Assembly (NCBI GenBank): GCA_037189585.1
Contig: JBBCJA010000012.1
Span: forward strand, 133,332-197,331
Length of the DNA: 64,000 nucleotides
Reading direction: 5' to 3'
From: Selenomonadaceae bacterium
Lineage (GTDB): Bacteria > Vulcanimicrobiota > Xenobia > Xenobiales > JADMJV01
Within the stretch, counting starts at the first letter, position 1, and each line of letters begins with the position of its first letter. Made by a program: the position numbers and the translations under genes. Under the pieces are notes generated by a model. The model was given only the letters and a program-made list of their open reading frames with translations. It searched no databases and was not told the origin of the DNA. This document shows positions 55,795 through 64,000 of the stretch, in pieces.

Positions 55795-56379
55795 ATGAAT
55801 ATCGTAACTTCCGGCGGCGCCGGCGCTCTTCGCTACACCGCCCCTACCGCACCGGCGGCCTCGCCGGCCCAAACCAAAGAGAGCAAGGATGAGGAGAACA
55901 AGCCCTCGGCCCTCGATGCCTTCTCTTCCGGCGCCAATAAGGGCGCCAATGTCGCCAATACCATTCTGGGCGCCTGGAACGGCGGAATCGCGGGGGCGTT
56001 CACCGGAGGCGCCATCGCCCTCGGAACCAACGTTATCTCAGCGGCCGCCGGCGCTATCACCGGCAGCAATCCTTTGAGCTGGACCACCCTTATCGACACC
56101 GCCACCTCCACCGGACTGTGGGCTCTCGGTGGCGGAGCTGTCGGGGCGGTGGCCGGCGGCGTGATCCTCAACAAAACCGGCGACTTCACCGGCGGTATCG
56201 GCGCCAACGTGGCTCGCAAACTGGGTGGTAACGAAAACCTCGGACGCGCCATCGGAACTCTGGCTCCCAGCGTGGCTCTCGGAACCATTGTCGGCACCTC
56301 GGTCCTGGGCTGGAACGGTGCGGTCATCGCCTTGGGCGCCGGTGCTATCGGCGGCGGATTGGCTTATCTCAAAAGCTAA
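55795..56379 (+). CDS. Gly/Ala-rich glycine-zipper protein
   Basis: A GGAGGA RBS lies 5 nt upstream. There are repeated GxxxG/A strings (GGIAGAFTGGAIALG, GGGAVGAVAGGVIL, GAGAIGGGLAYL). The polar N-terminal 45 aa lack an obvious signal peptide. Confidence 0.6.
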   Translation: MNIVTSGGAGALRYTAPTAPAASPAQTKESKDEENKPSALDAFSSGANKGANVANTILGAWNGGIAGAFTGGAIALGTNVISAAAGAITGSNPLSWTTLIDTATSTGLWALGGGAVGAVAGGVILNKTGDFTGGIGANVARKLGGNENLGRAIGTLAPSVALGTIVGTSVLGWNGAVIALGAGAIGGGLAYLKS

Positions 56380-56404
56380 GCAAAGCTCCCGACATGAAAA
56401 TATG

Positions 56405-56441
56405 AAAAGGCTCCGGCTCACTTACGACGCGGGGCCTTTTT
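56405..56441 (+). terminator. putative intrinsic terminator after the Gly-rich gene
   Basis: AAAAGGCTCCG (56405-56415) pairs with CGGGGCCTTTT (56430-56440) with one G-U wobble. The loop is 14 nt and a T-run (TTTTT) follows. Confidence 0.45.
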
Positions 56442-56483
56442 CATATCAGCGAGGCGCTGAGCCTTCCTTATCGAAGCACCCTT

Positions 56484-56711
56484 ATGGCTATCAATGGAGT
56501 CATCACTGGAAAACTCCGTAACCTTGACCGAGTGATAAACCACCTCAAGACACTGCGACCCCTTGAAGCGAAAGCCTTGGACGATTGGATCCTTCGAGGG
56601 GCGGTGGAGCGAAATCTCCAAGTCGCCGTCGAGATTCTGATCGATGTCTGCCACCGCTCCCAAAGTCAGCTCAGCCTGGCTGTTTGGTTCTCAAGCCTCG
56701 GGTCGCGCTAG
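56484..56711 (+). pseudogene. N-terminal half of a DUF86/HepT (HEPN) toxin gene, truncated
   Basis: ITGKLRNLDRVINHLKTL..DDWILRGAVERNLQVAVEILIDVCHR matches the first half of DUF86 proteins. The reading frame then ends after 15 unrelated residues, and no Rx4HxY region is present. Confidence 0.45.
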
Positions 56712-57063
56712 ACCGGACTCCGACGTTGACATCGGGCTCTTAGTGAGCCAACGGTTAACGACCGAGGAGCTCTTGGATCTCCAAGTCCAACTGATGCGGG
56801 CCACTCACAATGACAGGATCGATCTCAGCTTACTCAATGACGCTTCCAGCATCCTTTGCTTTGAGGTCATCTCTGGGCGTAATGTTGTCTGTCGCGACCC
56901 AGCACTCCAGGCCGTGTTCTTCTCCGCCATTTGTCGAGACTACGAGCGGGCCCAAGCGATGATAGAGAGAGGATTTCGCCATCGCCGGGGCTCATTCGAA
57001 ACTCACTCGGATGTGCCGCGAGTCGACAATGGAACAACATCAACCCCGACCCGCACGACCTGA
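56644..57063 (+). CDS. minimal nucleotidyltransferase (MNT antitoxin-like), possibly N-terminally truncated
   Basis: WLFGSQASGRARPDSDVDIGLLV (the GS..D.D motif). Only 12 residues precede the motif. It starts in the +1 frame inside the HepT fragment. The last ~60 nt overlap the convergent transglutaminase gene. Confidence 0.5.
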   Translation: MSATAPKVSSAWLFGSQASGRARPDSDVDIGLLVSQRLTTEELLDLQVQLMRATHNDRIDLSLLNDASSILCFEVISGRNVVCRDPALQAVFFSAICRDYERAQAMIERGFRHRRGSFETHSDVPRVDNGTTSTPTRTT

Positions 57064-57899
57064 GTTCCGCCACCCACGACCACGCCGCGCATAGGGCTCA
57101 CGTCATGAAAATCCCGGCCCCAGGCCAAAGTCACGTGCTGGTCGGAGACGATCATGTTGTTGGTCGGGTCGAGGTCTACCCAACCCAGCGGCGGAGCCCA
57201 AACCGAGATCCAGGCGTGACTGGCGTCAGCTCCTTGCAGACGCTCCTGCCCGGGTGGCGGGACGGTCAGGATGTAGCCGCTGACGTAGCGGCAAGCTAGA
57301 CCCAGACTGCGCAACGCTCCGATAAAAAGGTGGGCGAAGTCCTGGCAAACACCGCGGCGGGTCCGCAGCACCTCCCGCACCGGCGTGGCGATGGTGGTGG
57401 CCTCCGGGTCGAAGGTGAACTCGCGATGAATACGAGCCCGAAGATCGCCGGCGGCCTCCAAGACCGGACGGCCCGGGGAAAACGACGCGGCCGCGAACTG
57501 AGCAAGCTCCGGCGACAGCTCGACCCAGCCGGAGGCGAAGCGAAAGCCGCTGGCCTCTAGACTTTCCGGGTCCCGTGCGCCGCTCAGCCGCTCGACCACC
57601 GCCTCCCAGGACTCTCCGCCCTCAGAATAAGCTCGCGCTTTGACCTCGGCCTCGAACATCACCGTGACGGTCAACTCCCGGTGGGGCTCCTGCACGGTGA
57701 AAAAGCTGACCGGGTTTCCGAAGAAGTCGGTCTGGCGGGCCAAGAACTCAGGCTCTGGATCGACCGAGAGGCGAGCCTGGCTGAAGCTCTGCCAGGGGCA
57801 AGCGCGCGGTTGGCAGTGAATGCGGTTGTAGCTGTTGGCCACCGCGTCGGAGTACGAGTACCGAGTTTGATGGCGAACCGAATAGCGGGCCGAGCTCAT
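57003..57899 (-). CDS. transglutaminase-family cysteine protease-like protein (Bact_transglu_N + core)
   Basis: RYSVRHQTRYSYS at the N-terminus. Catalytic contexts: RRGVCQDFAHLFIGALRSLGLACRYVSGY, DASHAWISVW, WVDLDPTN. Confidence 0.85.
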   Translation of the reverse strand: MSSARYSVRHQTRYSYSDAVANSYNRIHCQPRACPWQSFSQARLSVDPEPEFLARQTDFFGNPVSFFTVQEPHRELTVTVMFEAEVKARAYSEGGESWEAVVERLSGARDPESLEASGFRFASGWVELSPELAQFAAASFSPGRPVLEAAGDLRARIHREFTFDPEATTIATPVREVLRTRRGVCQDFAHLFIGALRSLGLACRYVSGYILTVPPPGQERLQGADASHAWISVWAPPLGWVDLDPTNNMIVSDQHVTLAWGRDFHDVSPMRGVVVGGGTQVVRVGVDVVPLSTRGTSE

Positions 57900-60424
57900 G
57901 GCAGGGCCTCTCTCCCGAAGCCCGCGCTCTGTGATTTCAAGGTCAGATGGGTCAGATACTTGCGAGCCAGATGATCCGAGATCCCAGGCAGCTCTCGACC
58001 CAGGTGGCGCAGTAGGCCGACCAGGTGAGGTCGCCGTCGTGTCTCCCCCACCAACACCAGCTCGGAGATGTCCGCCAGCTTCACCCGCGAGACGGCCGAG
58101 AGCAAGAGTCGCTCCTCGGGATTAGGAAGCGACAGCTGGGAGCGACCCGGAAGATGTTGGAAGTGAAACTGCATCAAAACCAGCTGGTAGGCCACCGAGC
58201 GCGGGTTCGACTCGTCGGCTAGTAGAAGGTCCAGGACGGGAGCGACTTGCAGACCCGCCGGATAGCGACGCCGGTAGGTCCTGGTCGCGTCGGCGATCTC
58301 GAGAATCGCTTCCAGAATCGCGTCCTCGAAGGGGAGTTCGGTGGAAAGGGTACGACGCAATAGCCCGGCCATCCCGACGGCCCGCTCCAGCCGCCGACCC
58401 ATCTCCAAGAACCTCCAGCCGTGACTTCGGGTCATGTTCTCGCCGATCAACCCGGAAAAGGCGGCGAATCCCATCAGCAACTCTTCTAAGTGGCCCTGGC
58501 TCTCTCGCAGCGTTCCCGGCACCCGGCGGCTCATCTCGAAAAGGTGGGTGATCACGCGCCAGCACTCTCCCGAGATCCGGTCCCGCACGCTGCCGGAGTT
58601 GCGCTGCAGATGCTCGGTGATGGCTCGCAGTCCACCGTCAGCTCGAGGGTCTGAAATGAGAGCCAGAATACGGGCTCGACAGGTCGCCCGGTCCACCACT
58701 CCTCGATGAGTCCGAGGATCGTGCGCGCCTCCCCCGGCAAGCGACAGAAGGACCGGTGTTTCTAAAGGGGTTCCGGGACGTCCCTGTTCGTCGAGACGGG
58801 TGATGCAGTTGCGCAAGAGACGCGACAGCCCCTCGGCACGTTCAAGGTAGCGCCCCAGCCAGAACAGGTTGTCGGCCGAACGGCTGGGGATGTCGCCACC
58901 GCCACGGGAAAGCTCGATGATGGGTCGCTCCGGATGTGAAAGCGGATTGGGAGCCGCCTCCCCTGAAGGCTCCACGATCCAGGTGTCCTTGCTTCCCGCA
59001 CCGCGCTGCAAGGTGGCGACTAGAGAACCCTCCTCGCGAGAGACCAGGGTGAGCGCCCCCGGCATGACCACGAAGTCGTCCCCCCGGCGGGTCAGAAAGG
59101 TTCGCATGATGATGCGGCGCGGCTCCAAGAGCTCTCCCTGCAAGGTGGGCGCGGTGGAGAGCTTCAACTGCTCCTGGGCCACGTAGGCCGTCGGATTCTT
59201 CAAGATCTCCTCACGCCAGGCTTGTCGAGTCTTAGCTTTCGCCTCACCCAGGAAGGCGGCGCTGTGACCGATCCCGGGAAAGGTCCGCTTGATCACCAGG
59301 TGGTCCAGGTTCTCCAGGACGTAGGCCAGGGATTCCGGCTCTCCGCACCACCAGGTGGGTACGCTGGGGATAGCCAGGTCCTGGTCCAAAAACTCGCGAC
59401 AAAGACGGGGTAGAAAGGCCGAAAGAGCTGGCGTCTCCAGCCAGCTACTGCCCAGCCCGTTGGCCACCACCACGTTACCGGCACGGACCGCTTGCACCAA
59501 TCCGGGAACTCCGATGACGGAATCGGAGCGCAGTTCCAAAGGGTCGCAAAAATCGTCGCGCAGGCGTCGGAGGATCACGCCGACCGGCTGTAGGCCCTCC
59601 AGCAGCTTGAGGTACACGCGATTGTCCCTCACTGTCAGGTCGTCTCCCTGGACCAGGGTGTAGCCCAGATATTGGGCCAGGTAAGCATGCTCGAAAAAGG
59701 TCTGGTTGGCCGGCCCCGGGGTGAGAAAGACAACCCGGGGCGAGGTGAAGGCGCGCTGAGCCAGCTCCCCCAGGGTGTCGCGCATGGCTCCGAAGAAGCT
59801 CGCCAGCTTCTCCACCTGGGTGGAGCGCATCAGCTCCGGCATCATGCGAGAGACGGCCAGGCGATTCTCCAGCGCGTAGCCACATCCGGCCGGGGCTTCG
59901 GCGCGGTCTCTGAGGACCATCAGCTCTCCCTCGCTGGTCCGAGCCAGATCGACGGCGTGAAGCAGAAGGCGACATTCCGGAGGGATGGGTAAACCGTGGC
60001 AGGGACGCAGGTAGCCAGGATGGCCGTGCACCAGGTCGGGTGGCAGAAGGCCTTCTTTGAGGCAGTGCTGGTTGCCGTAGACATCCTCCATCAACAGCTC
60101 CAGCAAGCGCGCGCGCTGGCGCAGGCCCGACTCGATACGAGCCCACTCGGCGCCTCCCACCAGCATAGGGAAGGGGTCCAGATGCCAGGGACGGTCCATG
60201 CCGTCGTCGGCGCCGTAGACGTTGAAAGTGACGCCGTTTTCCCGAATCAGCTGGCGAACCTGTTCCCAGCGGCGTGACAACTGGTCGCTTCCAAGCTTCT
60301 CCAAGGCTCGTAAAAAGGTGTCCCATCCGGGGCGAAGATGCCCCTCGGCATCCACCATTTCGTCATAGGAACTTTCTCCCGGGCGGTAGGAGAGCCCCGG
60401 CCCGATACCGTGGAGAGTGCTCAT
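57896..60424 (-). CDS. fusion of a circularly permuted type-2 ATP-grasp protein with an alpha-E domain
   Basis: 842 aa. The N-terminal ~480 aa follow the CP-ATP-grasp pattern (GVTFNVYG..RPWHLDPFP, VVANGLGS). The C-terminal ~330 aa are alpha-E (ADNLFWLGRYLERAEG, SHGWRFLEMGRRLERA). It has ATGA overlaps with both neighbouring genes. Confidence 0.8.
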   Translation of the reverse strand: MSTLHGIGPGLSYRPGESSYDEMVDAEGHLRPGWDTFLRALEKLGSDQLSRRWEQVRQLIRENGVTFNVYGADDGMDRPWHLDPFPMLVGGAEWARIESGLRQRARLLELLMEDVYGNQHCLKEGLLPPDLVHGHPGYLRPCHGLPIPPECRLLLHAVDLARTSEGELMVLRDRAEAPAGCGYALENRLAVSRMMPELMRSTQVEKLASFFGAMRDTLGELAQRAFTSPRVVFLTPGPANQTFFEHAYLAQYLGYTLVQGDDLTVRDNRVYLKLLEGLQPVGVILRRLRDDFCDPLELRSDSVIGVPGLVQAVRAGNVVVANGLGSSWLETPALSAFLPRLCREFLDQDLAIPSVPTWWCGEPESLAYVLENLDHLVIKRTFPGIGHSAAFLGEAKAKTRQAWREEILKNPTAYVAQEQLKLSTAPTLQGELLEPRRIIMRTFLTRRGDDFVVMPGALTLVSREEGSLVATLQRGAGSKDTWIVEPSGEAAPNPLSHPERPIIELSRGGGDIPSRSADNLFWLGRYLERAEGLSRLLRNCITRLDEQGRPGTPLETPVLLSLAGGGAHDPRTHRGVVDRATCRARILALISDPRADGGLRAITEHLQRNSGSVRDRISGECWRVITHLFEMSRRVPGTLRESQGHLEELLMGFAAFSGLIGENMTRSHGWRFLEMGRRLERAVGMAGLLRRTLSTELPFEDAILEAILEIADATRTYRRRYPAGLQVAPVLDLLLADESNPRSVAYQLVLMQFHFQHLPGRSQLSLPNPEERLLLSAVSRVKLADISELVLVGETRRRPHLVGLLRHLGRELPGISDHLARKYLTHLTLKSQSAGFGREALP

Positions 60425-63400
60425 CTGCCGGGTCGACGCCGCAAGTCCAAGGTGTAGGGAAAGAAGGGATTGGGCGGCTCGGGCTTGATCTCAAGTTCGC
60501 CCCCTCTCAAGTGAAGCTCGGAAAAACGCGCGGTGCGCCGAGCCTCGGCCTCGTTGGCGTTGACCGGGAAGGTCTCGTAGTTGCGCCCGCCGGGGTGAGA
60601 GACCCGATAGGTGCAGCCCCCCAGGCTTCTTCGCGACCAGCCGTCGACTAAGTCGAACTCCAGCGGGACGTGAACGCCGATGGTGGGGTGCAAGCAGGTG
60701 GGAGGCTGCCAGGCCCGATAGCGCACGCCGGCCACCGCCTCGCCGTGCGCTCCGGTCGGCCGCAACGGCACCTGACGTCCGTTGCAAAGCAGGATATGCC
60801 GCCCCTCCACCAGGCCGTTGGCCTTGACCTGCAGTCGCTCCAGCGAGGAATCGACGTAGCGAACGGCTCCTCCCAGGCCAGGCTCCTCACCCAACACATG
60901 CCAGGGTTCGATGGCTGTGCGAAGCTCGATGGTCACTCCCGCCTGGATGAACGTCCCGATGCGGGGAAAGCGAAACTCGAAGTGGGGACGGAACCAGTCG
61001 GCTTCGAAACCGAAACCGGCCTGGCGCAGGTCGTCGACCACGCTCTCCAGGTCTTGCCAGACGTAGTGGCCCAGCATGAACTCGTCGTGCAGCCGAGTGC
61101 CCCAGCGGACCGGGGCGGCCCGGTAAGGCTCGCGCCAAAAACGTGCCACCAGGGCGCGGACCAGCAAGCTTTGCAACAGGCTCATCTGTGCGTGAGGAGG
61201 CATCTCGAAGGAGCGAAGCTCCAGAAGCCCCAGGCGTCCCGTGGTGCTGTCGGGCGAGTAGAGCTTGTCGATGCAGAACTCGGCCCGGTGGGTGTTTCCG
61301 GTGATATCGGTCAAGAGGTGGCGGAAGGCTCGGTCGACTAACCAGAGGGGGAACTCGTGCTCTGGTCCGGGCAGCTGTCCCAGCGCGATCTCGAGCTCAT
61401 AAAGGCTGTCGTGCCGAGCCTCGTCGATGCGTGGCGCCTGAGAGGTCGGGCCGATGAACAGGCTGGAGAAGAGATAGGACAGACTGGGGTGGTTCAACCA
61501 GTAGCACAGCATGCTGCCCAGCAGGTCCGGGCGGCGCAGGAACGGGCTGTCGGCCGGCGTGGGACCTCCCATGACCAGGTGGTTTCCTCCTCCGGTACCG
61601 GAGTGGCGCCCGTCGAGCATGAATTTCTCCGTCCCCAGACGGCACAATCTAGCCTCTTCATACAAGGTGAAAGTTCGCGAGGAAAGCTCTTCCCAATTGG
61701 CGCTGGGATGGATGTTGACCTCGAGCACACCTGGGTCGGGGGTGATGGAGAAGTGAAGAATGCGAGGATCGTGGGGTGGTCCGTAGCCTTCCAGAACCAC
61801 CGGCCATTCCAACTCCTGAGCCGCTTCTTCCACCGCGCGCACCAGGTCCAGGAAGTCCTCGCCCCGCTCGGTGGGGGGAAAGAAAACGTACAGATGCCCC
61901 TGGCGCACCTCGCAACAGATGGCCGTGCGCACCACGTCATCCGCCGCGCGGCCCTTGCGGGGGATCTCGGCCGACTTGAGTCCGGAACGAAAGTAGGGCG
62001 AGACCGGCAGTTGGCGCTGAAAGGGCGGCAGGTCGTCCAAGGGATCACGCTCGAGGTTTCGGGGCGTCTCCTCAGGATCTTGGGAGGCGAGACTGTTGAG
62101 CGGCAGGCGGTAGCCCATCGGGGCGTCGCCCGGAATCAGCTGGAGGTATTCCTGGCGCAAGAGCCAGGGTCCGGAGAGCCAGGTCGAGTTTTCGCCGTCG
62201 GTCTCTCGGGCCAGCGGCAAAAGGTAACCGGTCGGTTGGTCTAGACCCTGCTGAAAAATACGGGCCAGGCGCTGTCGTTCGGAGGCATCCCGCAGGGTCT
62301 CGGGGTCCATCACCGACGCGTCGACGGGCAGTTTCTGCTCTTGCCAGAGGACCTGATAGACGTCCTCGTAGGCCGGTCTGACCCACTGGTGCTCCAACTG
62401 CAATTTGGCGGAAAGCGTTGTCAGGAACATCTCGGCGTCGCCCCTTTGGCGCGGGCCGGGTTGAGCCGGATTGGCCAGAAGGGAGGGTTCGCGCCAGGTC
62501 GGATGGCCGTCGGCCCGCCACAGACAGCGCAAGGCCCAACGGGGCAACGGTTCGCCCGGATACTGCTTGCCCTGTCCATAGTGCAAGACAGGCTTCTTGG
62601 CGTACTTTTGAGCCAGTCGCTCCAACAGCTCCCCGGCTAGGCGCCTCTTCTCTTCTCCTAGAGCCGTGACGTTCCACTCGGGGCCGTCCATGTCGTCGAT
62701 GGAGACGAAGGTGGGCTCGCCCCCCATGGTCAGGCGTACGTCATCGAGTTTCAATTGGCCGTCCACTTGGTAGCCCAGGGCGTCTATCCTCTTCCACTGC
62801 TCTGGGCTGTAAGGAAGAGTGACTCGAGGATCCTCGTGCCGCCGGGTCACCGACATGCGAAAGTCGAAGCCCTCGACCACCTTCTGATCGGGTCCCAAGG
62901 GGGTCCAACTGTAAGATCCGGTGATGGCCGCCGCGCTCAGCGGTTGGGCGCTGGCGGCAAGCGGTATATGGCCCTCGCCGGCCAGAAGCCCCGAGGTCGG
63001 ATCCATGCCGATCCAGCCGGCCCCCGGGATGAAGGCCTCGGCCCAGGCGTGCAGGTCGGTGAAATCCTGACTTGCTCCGCTGGGCCCGTCCAAACTCGCC
63101 ACGTCGGGCTTGAGCTGAATCAGGTAGCCGGAGACAAACCGCGCGGCGATGCCCAAATGACGCAAAAGCTGGACGGCAAGCCATGCCGAGTCGCGGCAGG
63201 AGCCGGTGCCCACGGTCAAGGTGGTCTCGGGAGTCTGCACCCCCGGTTCCATACGGATCACGTAGTCGACCAGCTTTTGCAATCGCGTGTTGATCTCGAC
63301 TAAGTAGTCGACGGTCCCGATCTTGTCACGGCGCAACTCCTCGACTAGTTTGGCCAACCTCGGTTCGGGTGTCTCCGCCTCGAGATAGGGAGCGAGCTCT

Positions 63401-63735
63401 CGGCGCAGCGTCGCTTCGTAGGTGAAGGGGAAGCTCTGAACATCCTCGTTGAGGAAAAAGTCGAAGGGATTGATCACCGTCATGTCGGCCAAAAGGTCGA
63501 CTGTGACTCGCAACTCCTTAGTCGGGTTAGGGAAAACGAAACGGGCGATGTGATTGCCGTACGGGTCCTGTTGCCAGTTGAGAAAATGGTCCTCCGGAGT
63601 GACTTTCAGGCTGTAGGCCAGGATCGGCGTGCGGCAATGAGCGGCCGGGCGAAGGCGGACCAGGTGAGGGGCGAGACAGACGGCCTGATCATAGCTGTAG
63701 ACCGTCTCGTGATGGAGGGCGACGTGAATACTCAA
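60421..63735 (-). CDS. large transglutaminase-domain protein with a DUF2126-type C-terminal region
   Basis: (M)SIHVALHHETVYSYD at the N-terminus, GTGSCRDSAWLAVQLLRHLGIAARFVSGY, TDLHAWAEAF, WIGMDPTS, then ~800 aa. I prefer the TTG start at 63735 (GGAG 8-9 nt upstream) to the ORF-track start at 63819. Confidence 0.85.
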   Translation of the reverse strand: MSIHVALHHETVYSYDQAVCLAPHLVRLRPAAHCRTPILAYSLKVTPEDHFLNWQQDPYGNHIARFVFPNPTKELRVTVDLLADMTVINPFDFFLNEDVQSFPFTYEATLRRELAPYLEAETPEPRLAKLVEELRRDKIGTVDYLVEINTRLQKLVDYVIRMEPGVQTPETTLTVGTGSCRDSAWLAVQLLRHLGIAARFVSGYLIQLKPDVASLDGPSGASQDFTDLHAWAEAFIPGAGWIGMDPTSGLLAGEGHIPLAASAQPLSAAAITGSYSWTPLGPDQKVVEGFDFRMSVTRRHEDPRVTLPYSPEQWKRIDALGYQVDGQLKLDDVRLTMGGEPTFVSIDDMDGPEWNVTALGEEKRRLAGELLERLAQKYAKKPVLHYGQGKQYPGEPLPRWALRCLWRADGHPTWREPSLLANPAQPGPRQRGDAEMFLTTLSAKLQLEHQWVRPAYEDVYQVLWQEQKLPVDASVMDPETLRDASERQRLARIFQQGLDQPTGYLLPLARETDGENSTWLSGPWLLRQEYLQLIPGDAPMGYRLPLNSLASQDPEETPRNLERDPLDDLPPFQRQLPVSPYFRSGLKSAEIPRKGRAADDVVRTAICCEVRQGHLYVFFPPTERGEDFLDLVRAVEEAAQELEWPVVLEGYGPPHDPRILHFSITPDPGVLEVNIHPSANWEELSSRTFTLYEEARLCRLGTEKFMLDGRHSGTGGGNHLVMGGPTPADSPFLRRPDLLGSMLCYWLNHPSLSYLFSSLFIGPTSQAPRIDEARHDSLYELEIALGQLPGPEHEFPLWLVDRAFRHLLTDITGNTHRAEFCIDKLYSPDSTTGRLGLLELRSFEMPPHAQMSLLQSLLVRALVARFWREPYRAAPVRWGTRLHDEFMLGHYVWQDLESVVDDLRQAGFGFEADWFRPHFEFRFPRIGTFIQAGVTIELRTAIEPWHVLGEEPGLGGAVRYVDSSLERLQVKANGLVEGRHILLCNGRQVPLRPTGAHGEAVAGVRYRAWQPPTCLHPTIGVHVPLEFDLVDGWSRRSLGGCTYRVSHPGGRNYETFPVNANEAEARRTARFSELHLRGGELEIKPEPPNPFFPYTLDLRRRPGR

Positions 63736-63900
63736 AGCGTACCGCTCCTTCGGGAGGATGGGGGTTAAACCTGTACTATTCGCTGGTTCGGGTGGACAAA
63801 TCGATTGTCCCCTCAACAAGAGCTGCCGCCAACCTATTTATGCCTTGAATCAACCACAGAACAATGCTTAAATGAAACACGTCTGGATAGGGAGGCTCAC

Positions 63901-64000
63901 ATGGCGAAATATGTCGGTTTAGCAATGTTGGCGCTCTTGCTCGCGGGTTTGGGATACTACGAGTATGACCAGGCCAAAACTCAGAGGCTTCATGGCTACG
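63901..64000 (+). CDS. 5' end of a gene encoding a protein with an N-terminal hydrophobic helix (runs off the window)
   Basis: The ATG is preceded by GGGAGG. The translation is MAKYVGLAMLALLLAGLGYYEYDQAKTQRLHGY. Confidence 0.35.
   Translation, partial: MAKYVGLAMLALLLAGLGYYEYDQAKTQRLHGY

Noticed and set aside
55833-56327. A 164-aa minus-strand ORF opposite the Gly-rich gene.
   Set aside because: It is the mirror frame of GGC/GCC-rich codons (an Ala/Pro-rich product) and has no RBS. The plus-strand gene has a consensus RBS and a terminator.
7327-62244. Many long antisense or off-frame ORFs in the track. Examples: 7327-7971(-), 8214-9002(-), 21759-22511(+), 38645-39529(+), 41444-42250(+), 45331-46218(+), 47475-48413(+), 61357-62244(+).
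   Set aside because: Each lies entirely inside a gene with clear family motifs on the other strand or frame. Their products are Arg/Gly/Pro-rich low-complexity sequences, as expected from stop-codon depletion in GC-rich DNA.
1-64000. A window-wide look for CRISPR arrays, tRNA/rRNA genes, transposases, integrases, phage genes and recognisable defence systems.
   Set aside because: I found none. There are no spaced direct repeats, no cloverleaf-like segments in the intergenic regions examined, and no DDE, tyrosine- or serine-recombinase motifs. The only mobile or defence-flavoured items are the decayed HepT/MNT pair and the Uma2 remnant. This visual scan is not exhaustive.

Overview
This is a densely coding, GC-rich (about 58-60% by eye) bacterial chromosomal segment. 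I call about 60 CDS. I recognised no rRNA, tRNA, CRISPR array, transposase or integrase. Many neighbouring genes overlap by 1-4 nt (ATGA or TTGA junctions), which indicates operons. Content in order: (1) envelope and housekeeping genes: an MreB-like gene cut by the window edge, lepB, a Spy/CpxP-like gene, an HD-domain hydrolase and slyD. (2) A three-gene pseudopilin cassette at 4064-6649. (3) A urate-to-ureidoglycolate cluster at 6787-11113: allB, an allantoicase::OHCU-decarboxylase fusion, uraH and membrane cytochrome-c urate oxidase puuD. (4) A metallo-beta-lactamase protein carrying two cNMP-binding domains, followed by an uncharacterised protein whose only recognisable relative is a second copy at 52638-54011. 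(5) A same-strand signalling array: glpK, an FHA-GGDEF cyclase, a Ser/Thr kinase and a PAS histidine kinase. (6) Envelope and transport genes: GT4, O-antigen-ligase-TPR, AI-2E and APC. (7) An S8 protease, recQ, a cNMP receptor, a crotonase and an internally deleted Uma2 remnant. (8) The most unusual region, 41495-54011. It holds a REC-TPR-wHTH-BTAD regulator, a multi-TM GAF histidine kinase, and four translationally coupled pseudopilins. One pseudopilin is 705 aa with a TolB-like beta-propeller and another carries an Ig-like domain. The region also holds a GspF/PilC platform gene lacking its usual N-terminal domain, an opposite-strand bitopic protein that carries that domain as a stand-alone module, and the second copy of the unknown family. 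No ATPase, secretin, prepilin peptidase or small major pilin occurs anywhere in the window. (9) ypfJ, a glycine-zipper protein and a decayed HepT/MNT pair. (10) A three-gene transglutaminase / circularly permuted ATP-grasp+alpha-E / DUF2126 operon. All family assignments rest on motif recognition by eye, and no database search was possible.
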